Assembly: GCA_033762295.1 (NCBI GenBank)
Contig: JANRLW010000060.1
Location: forward strand, 1 to 44,563
Origin: Capsulimonadales bacterium
GTDB taxonomy: Bacteria; Armatimonadota; Armatimonadia; Armatimonadales; Armatimonadaceae
Length of the DNA: 44,563 nt
Reading direction: 5' to 3'
The notes beneath the pieces are model-generated. The model was not told the DNA's origin. It saw nothing but the letters and a program-made list of their open reading frames with translations, and ran no database searches. The position numbers and the translations under genes are program-made. Below, in pieces: positions 27,437-34,984 of the stretch (positions are counted from its first letter, which is position 1; each line of letters opens with the position of its first letter).

Positions 27437-28705
27437 TCAACTGTTATCCCCGAAATCGGAGAATCCGCTTACGCTCGACGTGTCCTCCGGCCGTTCGTAC
27501 ATCGGCCGTTCGTAGACGTAACCGGGGTTCATCGCGCGATACTCCTGCACCTCGGGAATGAAGTTTCCGTCGATTCGCCCGTCGGTCATGACATCCCACC
27601 AGAGGAACTCCTCCAGCGGGGAAGCGCGGTAGTAGTCATCGAAGACGTAGATGGTCGTTCCGGCGCGGTTATACCGGTTGTACAGGACATCGTAGCGCTC
27701 GATCCGTCGGCGGTCGAACCGCTTGTCAAACTGCTCCTGGGAGAAGCGTTTGTTGCGATAGCGGTACCGATCGGAGGCGTACCGTTGTTGTTCGTCTTCC
27801 AGTCGGTTGGCTCGCTGCGCCAGTTGCGAAAGGTCCTGCCGGACCTTGACCGACAGGTCGTCCAGGTATCGAATCTGGTGTTCCATACCGTCGAGCACGA
27901 CGCCCCGTCCCTTCAGTGTGTCCGCGTTCGGAAGGGCGGTCAGGTCGATTTTATCGAGAAGAGGGGCGACGGTGCGACCGACCTGTTCGTGGACCCGGGC
28001 CGGAAGCTCGTTCCGTTCCTGCAGAAGATTGTCGCGTTCCTGAAGCACCGCCTGAATCGCGTTCAATCGAGACTGCAGATCGCTGACCGAACGGCCCAGC
28101 ACCTCGACCTGTTCCTGTCGTTCGCGATAGCGATCGATCACTTCCGGGAACGCGCTGACACGGAGCGTGGCGATGATCTCATCGGCGTGTCGCCAGTCGG
28201 AGAGATACTGTCCGTTGAAGAAGCGGAGCCAGCCGCGGTGAGGGTACTGTGGGGTCCCGTACTGTCGTTCGACCAGTTCGCGACAGCGGGGCAGTCGGTT
28301 CAGCGCGTCCCAGTCGGCCCGCGCGTGTTCGAACGCCGGGCGGACCTCCTCCAGCTGCTTCTGCAGTTCGTAGACCTGTTGTTCGCGGGTGCGGTAGAGA
28401 TCGGACGTCTCGATCTGATCGAGCCGCTGATCGATCCGCGCCTGCCGTTCGGAGCCGTTGCGGAAGATGCCGTTCAGTTCGGGCAGGCCCAGACGCGCGG
28501 CCAGATCGGAGAACGCAGTAGCGGAAAGGTCGGGGAGGAGCGCCGCGCCCAGGTCCGAATAGGCGGTCATCAGGCGCGTCGCCAGGTCCCGGCGTTTCGT
28601 TTCGGTGTCGCGTGCCAGTTCCTCGAAGCGGACCATCCGCTCGCGATAGCCGTCCATCTGCCGGTTGGCTTCGCGCAAAAAGTCATCGGTGGTGTAGAAA
28701 GCCAT
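27437..28705 (-). CDS. Hypothetical coiled-coil protein
   Basis: Long E/Q/R/L heptad stretches; aromatic C-terminal motif FLWWDVMTDGRIDGNFIPEV; 1-bp gap to the GT gene. Confidence 0.75.
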   Translation of the reverse strand: MAFYTTDDFLREANRQMDGYRERMVRFEELARDTETKRRDLATRLMTAYSDLGAALLPDLSATAFSDLAARLGLPELNGIFRNGSERQARIDQRLDQIETSDLYRTREQQVYELQKQLEEVRPAFEHARADWDALNRLPRCRELVERQYGTPQYPHRGWLRFFNGQYLSDWRHADEIIATLRVSAFPEVIDRYRERQEQVEVLGRSVSDLQSRLNAIQAVLQERDNLLQERNELPARVHEQVGRTVAPLLDKIDLTALPNADTLKGRGVVLDGMEHQIRYLDDLSVKVRQDLSQLAQRANRLEDEQQRYASDRYRYRNKRFSQEQFDKRFDRRRIERYDVLYNRYNRAGTTIYVFDDYYRASPLEEFLWWDVMTDGRIDGNFIPEVQEYRAMNPGYVYERPMYERPEDTSSVSGFSDFGDNS

Positions 28706-28784
28706 GGGTTTTCCCGTTCGTTCCACCTCAGGGTACTACACCACGGGAATTTCTGTCAATTCCGGCAGCCCGTCGGACCGAATC

Positions 28785-28847
28785 CGTCAGGACATCGGGA
28801 AGATTTTAACCGCTTCCTCCTCGGACGGGAGGCGCAGACCGTCGGTG
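28785..28847 (-). repeat. R1a: degenerate copy of the 3' end of the AhpD/CMD-like gene (matches 30055-30153 with a 36-bp deletion)
   Basis: CGTCAGGACATCGGGAAG is identical to 30055-30072; the next 45 nt match 30109-30153 with 4 mismatches. Confidence 0.92.
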
Positions 28848-28876
28848 GGCATCAACGCACTGAATTCTTTAACCCG

Positions 28877-28891
28877 GAAGATTTAATCTTC
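28877..28891. promoter_or_regulatory. Palindromic operator-like site upstream of pilin-like 2
   Basis: GAAGATT-T-AATCTTC perfect inverted repeat; TTGACT (28901) and TATAAT (28920) follow. Confidence 0.4.
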
Positions 28892-28975
28892 TGATAACCT
28901 TTGACTTAATCAAGTTAGGTATAATCTCGTCGTCTACCTCCACAAAAGGTGGAGCGACTGGAACAGGAGAACCGT

Positions 28976-29947
28976 ATGCTGTTGAAATCCTCCGTTACGG
29001 TCAATGCAAACGCCTCAAAGAAGGCATTTACCCTGATCGAACTTCTCGTGGTTATTGCTATTATCGCGATCTTGGCCGCGATTCTCTTCCCGGTGTTTGC
29101 TCAGGCTCGCGAAAAGGCGCGTCAAATTACCTGTCTGTCAAACCAGAAGCAGATCGGCCTCGGAATAATGATGTATGTCCAGGACCATGACGAGCAGTAC
29201 CCGATCAACTTCCGCGACTGGTGCGTGCAGGCAGGCATGACCACAGGCGAAAATGCCAACAACTGTCGCTGGGCTTCCTGGACCCACCAGGTGTATCCCT
29301 ACATGAAGAACATCGGTATCTTCTACTGCCCGACCACCAATATTGGCGCCGGGAATACAGCGGCGGCGCTTTTGTCCCAACCCGCCAACAATGAACTGGA
29401 TGTCCCCGGCCCCCAAAACTCGGCTCCGTTGCGGGTCGTCGTCTTCGGTAGCCTCGGCGTTAACGAGTTCATCTTTAAAAACGGCAACACCGACGCTTTC
29501 GGCCGGACTGCGATCCCGCTCGCCTCAATCGGTCGCCCCGCAGAACTGGCGATTGTCGCGGACAGCACCCACCTTCTGTTTACGGATGCTCGGCGTATCA
29601 TGAGCCCGAACTGCGTCGGCCCGAACAACAACCCCGGTAACTGCTGGTGGGCAGGACCACGCAACTCACCGTCCGAAAACGACTACTTCCCGGTGCCGAA
29701 CCGACAGCGACATCAGGGCGGTTCTAACGTCACCTTTGGGGACGGTCACGCCAAGTACTTCAAAGCCGAACAGATGGGACCCGATCCCGAACGTCGCGCC
29801 CGTGCCAACGCCGGCATCCCGATCTGTACGGGCGCCTCTGCTGCACAAACCCCGCCCTGTGGGCGTCAAGACGGCGGCCGTACCTTCGCCCGCGACTTCT
29901 TTTTCAGGCTGGCCACCCATCCTGATGACGATCGCGTCAGCCAGTAA
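28976..29947 (+). CDS. Prepilin-type DUF1559 / H-X9-DG protein (pilin-like 2), Cys-rich
   Basis: [59 protein letters not shown] before ATG 28976; 8 Cys. Confidence 0.95.
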   Translation: MLLKSSVTVNANASKKAFTLIELLVVIAIIAILAAILFPVFAQAREKARQITCLSNQKQIGLGIMMYVQDHDEQYPINFRDWCVQAGMTTGENANNCRWASWTHQVYPYMKNIGIFYCPTTNIGAGNTAAALLSQPANNELDVPGPQNSAPLRVVVFGSLGVNEFIFKNGNTDAFGRTAIPLASIGRPAELAIVADSTHLLFTDARRIMSPNCVGPNNNPGNCWWAGPRNSPSENDYFPVPNRQRHQGGSNVTFGDGHAKYFKAEQMGPDPERRARANAGIPICTGASAAQTPPCGRQDGGRTFARDFFFRLATHPDDDRVSQ

Positions 29948-29976
29948 ATCCGAATAGTTTAGGTGCGGAACAACCC

Positions 29977-30013
29977 AAAAAGGTATGCCCTTTCCGGAGG
30001 GCATACCTTTTTT
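29977..30013. terminator. Bidirectional rho-independent terminator
   Basis: AAAAAGGTATGCCCT-ttccgg-AGGGCATACCTTTTTT between convergent genes. Confidence 0.9.
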
Positions 30014-30015
30014 GC

Positions 30016-30056
30016 CGATTCGAGAGGGAAAAGAACACTTTAGCGTATGGTTTTCG
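30016..30056 (+). repeat. R2a: 41-bp non-coding direct repeat (second copy at 32310-32350)
   Basis: CGATTCGAGAGGGAAAAGAACACTTTAGCGTATGGTTTTCG versus CGATTCGAGAGGGAAATGAACACTTTAGCGCAGGGTTTTCG, 38/41 identical. Confidence 0.92.
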
Positions 30057-31310
30057 TCAGGACATCGGGAAGGCTTCGTATGCGCCGTCCCCGTACGTCT
30101 CCCGGTAGATTTCGACCGCCTCCTCCTCGGAAGGGAGGCGCAGACCGTCGGTGAATCGGTTCATGAAGCTGAACGCACAGGTCTGCAGGACGATTTCCAG
30201 AGCGGCCCGGTCGTCGGGGAACGCCGACTTCAGCCCGGCGACATCGGTGTCGTTCACCGACTGCGGCGAGCGGGCGAGCTTGCGGGCAAACGTGACCGCC
30301 GCTTTCTCCGTCGGTGTCAGGACGGAATCGTCCTTTTTCATCGCCTGCAGTTTCGCGATATCGACATTCAGGCGACGAAGGCCCGCCACCTGGTGCAGGA
30401 CGCAGTACCGGCAACCGTTCGCCATCGAGACCGCGAAGGACACCTGTAACTGCATCTCCCGGGGAACGGTCGCGTTTTCACGGATCGATTTCCAGTAATC
30501 CCACCAGGCGGAGGCCATATCGGGTACGCGCAGCATCGCGCGTTGTGAGTTGGCGATACCGATCCCCAGCCCCTTTTTCAAATCCGGCGACGGATTGACC
30601 AGGCCGGCCGCCATTTTCATTTCGTCATCGGAGGCCAGCGAAACACGGGCGACGTTCGATAATGCGGGCGGTTTCGGTGCGGGAACGGCATCCGGCGGAA
30701 GGTGGAGCCACTCCTCCGTCGTCAGACCCGCGCCCTGGCAGAAGCGAGCGAAGTAGTGGAAAAAACAGGTCGCGATCGTCAACTCCACCAATCGGGCGTC
30801 ATTATAGACGGTCCGTGCCTCGGCGAAGCGAGCGTCATCGACCCCGTGGATATCGTACGTCAGGCGGGCGGCGTAGGCGAGCGCAATCCGCTGCCCGGCA
30901 TCGGTCGGCGTTTTGCCGGTTTCGACCGCCGCCCGCAGGCTCCGTCCGGTCGCGGTTCGGTCCAGCAGGCGGGAGAGATGCGCGGCCAGATAGCGCGATC
31001 CGGCGGACCGGGCAACGTAAAGTCCCATCGCCGCCTTGGTCTCAGGGGCGATCGTGCCCCCGTACACTACCGTTTTGAACAGGCGGGCGAACGGAGCGAC
31101 CGATTTTGGGTGGGTGGCCGCCAGAACGCGCAGGTAGCCGGGGACCCGTCCGGACGTCGGGGAATCGAGGGCGTCGCCGCCCGGAATTGCGAGGGCGGGC
31201 GTATCGAGCGGAGCCAGCGGAAAACGGGTAACGTCGACCGAGGCCGACGAGGGAAGGGGGACCAGGGTGAGAGAAACGAGCGCAAGGACAGACAGCGCGG
31301 GAAACTTCAT
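30057..31310 (-). CDS. Exported two-domain carboxymuconolactone decarboxylase/AhpD-like peroxidase-related protein
   Basis: Signal peptide; C-terminal domain VSMANGCRYCVLHQ (CxxC..H); N-terminal domain is degenerate (SAGSRYLAAH); AAAGGA RBS. Confidence 0.85.
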   Translation of the reverse strand: MKFPALSVLALVSLTLVPLPSSASVDVTRFPLAPLDTPALAIPGGDALDSPTSGRVPGYLRVLAATHPKSVAPFARLFKTVVYGGTIAPETKAAMGLYVARSAGSRYLAAHLSRLLDRTATGRSLRAAVETGKTPTDAGQRIALAYAARLTYDIHGVDDARFAEARTVYNDARLVELTIATCFFHYFARFCQGAGLTTEEWLHLPPDAVPAPKPPALSNVARVSLASDDEMKMAAGLVNPSPDLKKGLGIGIANSQRAMLRVPDMASAWWDYWKSIRENATVPREMQLQVSFAVSMANGCRYCVLHQVAGLRRLNVDIAKLQAMKKDDSVLTPTEKAAVTFARKLARSPQSVNDTDVAGLKSAFPDDRAALEIVLQTCAFSFMNRFTDGLRLPSEEEAVEIYRETYGDGAYEAFPMS

Positions 31311-31333
31311 AGCGATTTCCTTTAACGTGTAGA

Positions 31334-31362
31334 GGGGACAGGGACGGTGGTTCCCTGTCCCC
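31334..31362. repeat. 11-bp stem-loop between pilin-like 3 and the AhpD-like gene
   Basis: GGGGACAGGGA-cggtggt-TCCCTGTCCCC; shares the GGGGACA/TGTCCCC core with the hairpin at 2659. Confidence 0.55.
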
Positions 31363-31379
31363 GGAACATCGGACCCGGT

Positions 31380-32210
31380 TCAGAAGGCGGCCCGATATTC
31401 CAGCGTGTTCAGCGTGTTGGAGTCGGCATCCGAGTCGGCGAAGTGGGTCGGCAAACCGGGGTTCAACTCCGGCGTCGCGCCGAACTGGACGAATCGGATG
31501 GAACTGCGCCGCTGGAACTTGGCGTGTCCGTCGCAGAAAAGCAGGTTCGCCCCGCCATTGTGGAGATAGTCGTAATACTGGTGGGTGAAATTGACCCAGA
31601 GTCCTGTGCTTTTCCGCTGACGGGGCTTCTCCTGCGCGACGCGGTTGTAGTTGCGCGTTTCGTGCAGGAAGATGGTATCGGCGGGAGCGGGGATTGCAGC
31701 CAGCGACTTGCTCGCCGCGATGCCGTTCAGCAGGAGGTTACCGTTGCCGGCATTCGCGACACCCGTCACCTCGCAGGTGTTCGCCGTAGGGGTGCAGGGA
31801 CCGTCGGACGAACGGGGCTTGGTCTCGGGGCATCGGAAGATACCAAGGTTCTTCGTGTACGGCTGGACGTCACGCGCCCAGATGCGGTAGGTGCCGACGT
31901 TGTTCACATCGAACGGCTGCATCCACCCCATCGGTTCGGAGAGGCCCGCGCTATGGGCGGTGGTCGCATCCGGCCATCGCGGATCGGAAACGGTATCGAG
32001 CGTCGTGTTGCCCGGCAGGATCTCATCGTAATCCTGGGCGTACATCAGGAAGGCAAGGCCCACCTGTTTCTCGTTGGAGAGGCAGGAGGCTTGCCGGGCT
32101 TTGGCGCGTGCCTGGGCGAAGACCGGGAAAAGAATCGCGGCTAGAATCGCTATAATGGCGATAACTACCAGTAGCTCGATCAGAGTAAAAGCGGAACGAC
32201 GAGGGATCAT
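31380..32210 (-). CDS. Prepilin-type DUF1559 / H-X9-DG protein (pilin-like 3)
   Basis: [60 protein letters not shown]. Confidence 0.95.
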   Translation of the reverse strand: MIPRRSAFTLIELLVVIAIIAILAAILFPVFAQARAKARQASCLSNEKQVGLAFLMYAQDYDEILPGNTTLDTVSDPRWPDATTAHSAGLSEPMGWMQPFDVNNVGTYRIWARDVQPYTKNLGIFRCPETKPRSSDGPCTPTANTCEVTGVANAGNGNLLLNGIAASKSLAAIPAPADTIFLHETRNYNRVAQEKPRQRKSTGLWVNFTHQYYDYLHNGGANLLFCDGHAKFQRRSSIRFVQFGATPELNPGLPTHFADSDADSNTLNTLEYRAAF

Positions 32211-32309
32211 GGCGGTGTTTCCTTCGATGGAATTTCGTTAACGGCCCCATTTTAGGTCGTCACGGAACCTGCGGCAATCGACGGCGGGGGCAATTCGGGC
32301 AGGTTTCAG

Positions 32310-32350
32310 CGATTCGAGAGGGAAATGAACACTTTAGCGCAGGGTTTTCG
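32310..32350 (+). repeat. R2b: second copy of the 41-bp repeat
   Basis: 38/41 identity to 30016-30056, same orientation. Confidence 0.92.
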
Positions 32351-32454
32351 ACGCCTGAGGGCAGGTTTCGGAAGCGGTGGAAACGAGCAGGAACCTGTTC
32401 CCTGCCGCGTCTCGTCTTCGTTACGGCCCCTGCCAAAAAGGTATTTACTGTCTC

Positions 32455-33360
32455 ATGATCGTCACCGGAAAAGTGTCGCTACTCGCCACCGCGATCGATA
32501 TGCGCTGGCGTCTTCTGACCATCGGGTTGGTCGCCGTCGTCGTCTCGGTGGCGTATGAATGGCTGAACAAAACGGAGATTTCGATCCAGATCACTCCAAT
32601 CACCGCTCTCGGCGTCGCGATCGGTCTCTTCCTCGGTTTTCGTTGCACCGTCGTCTGGAACCGCTACTGGGAGGCGCGAACGCTCTGGGGACGGCTGATC
32701 AATGCGTCGCGAACCCTGGCCCGCCAGCTGGCGACGCTCCTTCAAAGCGACGATCCGACCGTTTCCGCCGATTTTTACCGGGAGATGCTCCGCTGGCATC
32801 AGGCCTATGTCCATGCGTTTCGAGCGCATTTGCGGGACGACGATCCGCTGAAGGAGGCGAGCCCCTATTTTCCGGAGGCGATGACCCGGGAGATGAAGAC
32901 CGCCGTCAACCTGCCGGCGGCGATCCTGCATCGGATGGGAGAGCGTCTGCACGATGCCTGGGGTAAGGGAATGCTGACGGAGTTTCGGCTGCTGCCGCTG
33001 GACGAGACGATGACCGAGATTACGGAGATTCAGGGCGGGTGTGAACGAATCAAGAATACACCGATCCCGCCCGCGTTTACCTATGTCTCGCACCGTATGA
33101 TGCAGGCGTACTGCTGTCTGATCCCCTTCGGTCTGGTTTCGGATCTGCGCTGGTTTACGCCGGCGGTCACTCTGCTCATCTCTTTCGCCTTTCTGACACT
33201 CGACCAGATCAGCGACCTGATCGAGCAGCCGTTTTCGACCGCCGATAACGACCTGCCTCTGGATGCGATGACCCGGACGATCGATATCGACCTGCTGCAG
33301 CGGATGGGTTCGGAAAAAGTGCCGCCGCCCATGGAACCTGTGGACGGCGTGCTGCTGTAA
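32455..33360 (+). CDS. Bestrophin family (YneE-like) anion channel
   Basis: LFLGFR...RYWEARTLWGRLINASR, QGGCERIKNTPIP, IEQPF...NDLPLDAM. Confidence 0.92.
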   Translation: MIVTGKVSLLATAIDMRWRLLTIGLVAVVVSVAYEWLNKTEISIQITPITALGVAIGLFLGFRCTVVWNRYWEARTLWGRLINASRTLARQLATLLQSDDPTVSADFYREMLRWHQAYVHAFRAHLRDDDPLKEASPYFPEAMTREMKTAVNLPAAILHRMGERLHDAWGKGMLTEFRLLPLDETMTEITEIQGGCERIKNTPIPPAFTYVSHRMMQAYCCLIPFGLVSDLRWFTPAVTLLISFAFLTLDQISDLIEQPFSTADNDLPLDAMTRTIDIDLLQRMGSEKVPPPMEPVDGVLL

Positions 33361-33371
33361 GGAACCGGGTA

Positions 33372-33848
33372 GTGGCGACGCTCCTTCTGATCTGCGGACT
33401 GCCCGGCGCGGGAAAAACGACCCTCGCCCGTCGTCTCGAACGGGAACGTCCGGCCTTGCGCCTCTGCCCCGACGAATGGATCCTCGCGATTCTGCGCGAC
33501 CCGAACGATGTGACCGAGCGGGATCGTCTGCGCTCCCCGGTAGAAGCGGTGCAGTGGGAACTGGCGAAGAACGCTCTGATGCTCGGTAACGACGTCATCC
33601 TGGAATGGGGTTTCTGGTCGCGGGCGGAGCGGCGGCAGTTTCGCGACGAGGCCGTGGCGATCGGCGCGAAAACCGAACTGTACTATCTCGAGGTCGAGAA
33701 AGCCGAACTGTGGCGTCGACTGACCGACCGGAACGCACGACGGCCTCCCGGCACCTTTCCGGTGGCCGAGGCGGAGTTCGAACTCTGGCACTCCTGGTTC
33801 GAACCGCCGGGGAACGAGGAACAGCCCGTACGTATCGCGAACCGATAA
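33372..33848 (+). CDS. AAA_33-type P-loop kinase/ATP-binding protein
   Basis: CGLPGAGKTT Walker A, CPDEW, VILEWGFWSRAER. Confidence 0.88.
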   Translation: MATLLLICGLPGAGKTTLARRLERERPALRLCPDEWILAILRDPNDVTERDRLRSPVEAVQWELAKNALMLGNDVILEWGFWSRAERRQFRDEAVAIGAKTELYYLEVEKAELWRRLTDRNARRPPGTFPVAEAEFELWHSWFEPPGNEEQPVRIANR

Positions 33849-33876
33849 AGGGATTTCCGATGAGGGACGCGCATCC

Positions 33877-34878
33877 ATGAAGGCAATGATTCTGGCGGCG
33901 GGCGAGGGGACGCGCCTGCGTCCGCTGACACTGGCTCTGCCCAAGCCGATGGTTCCGCTGGTGAGTGTGCCGCTTTTGACACGCACCCTCCGTCTGCTGC
34001 GGGCTCAGGGGGTGACGGAGATCGCGGCAAATCTGTTCTACCGTCCGGAAGCGATCCGCGCGGAACTGGGAACCGGCGAATCGCTCGGCGTTCGCCTTCG
34101 TTTCTCGGAGGAGTCCGTCCTGATGGGAACGGCGGGCGGGGTGCGTCGTCTGGCGGAGTTTCTGGACGAAACATTCCTCGTGCTCTACGGCGATAACCTG
34201 TACGCCGCCGATTTCGCCCCGTTGATCGCGTTTCACCGACGGAAGGGGGCGACGGCGACGATGGCGACCTTCACCGCGCCGAACCCGTCCGCCTGCGGAC
34301 TGGTTCTGACGGACGGCAGCGGACGGGTCACCCGATTCCAGGAAAAGCCTCCTCCCGACCAGGTTTTCACCGACCAGGCGAACGCCGGCGTGTATGTCCT
34401 CGAACCCGGTATTTTCGATGTCATTCCGCCCGGGACGGTCTGCGATTTCGGAAAGGATATCTTTCCGCGCCTGCTCGTCGAACGCCCCGGAAGTCTCTTC
34501 GCCCGGCCTCTCGACGGCTATTTGCAGGACACCGGGACGATTCCGGCCTATCGACAGGCGAACTGGGATCTTCTGGAGGGGCGGGCCGGGCCGCCCGAAC
34601 GCGGGGTGCATCCGACGGCGGTCATCGCCGAGGCGGCGCTGTTGCTCGGCCGCAATGTGGTCGGTCCGGGCACCCGGGTCGGAAAGGGCGCGACACTGAT
34701 CGAGACCATCGTCTGGGAGAACTGCCGGATCGGGGAGAAGGCGATGGTACGCGAGGCGATTCTCGGACGCGGCGTGACGGTGGGCGCCGGGGCGACGGTC
34801 GGCGCGGACAGTGTTCTGGCCGATGGCGTGAATGTGGCGCCCGGCGAAACGGTCCCTCCGGGCAGTCGCCTGTCCTGA
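33877..34878 (+). CDS. NDP-sugar pyrophosphorylase (mannose-1-phosphate guanylyltransferase-like)
   Basis: MKAMILAAGEGTRLRPLT...PKPM, GTAGG, FQEKP, NAGVY, DTGT; C-terminal hexapeptide repeats. Confidence 0.93.
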   Translation: MKAMILAAGEGTRLRPLTLALPKPMVPLVSVPLLTRTLRLLRAQGVTEIAANLFYRPEAIRAELGTGESLGVRLRFSEESVLMGTAGGVRRLAEFLDETFLVLYGDNLYAADFAPLIAFHRRKGATATMATFTAPNPSACGLVLTDGSGRVTRFQEKPPPDQVFTDQANAGVYVLEPGIFDVIPPGTVCDFGKDIFPRLLVERPGSLFARPLDGYLQDTGTIPAYRQANWDLLEGRAGPPERGVHPTAVIAEAALLLGRNVVGPGTRVGKGATLIETIVWENCRIGEKAMVREAILGRGVTVGAGATVGADSVLADGVNVAPGETVPPGSRLS

Positions 34879-34984
34879 GGTTCGGTCGGGCCGCTTCGTG
34901 GAAGGAATCCGATCCTTCCCCGGTGAAGCGATACCGTTAAGAGGAATTAAACGGACTATATGTTCGGATCGGAGACGGAGAACG

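Noticed and set aside
28785..32350. Interpretation as a CRISPR array, integron attC array, IS with terminal inverted repeats, or DGR template/variable repeat
   Set aside because: Only two copies of each repeat and no regular spacers; no GTTRRRY/RYYYAAC cores; the ends are not inverted repeats; mismatches are not adenine-specific; no cas, integrase, transposase or reverse transcriptase gene in the window.
29975..32444. 12-bp match CCAAAAAGGTAT at 29975 and 32433
   Set aside because: Short, low-complexity and out of register with the R1/R2 units; probably chance.
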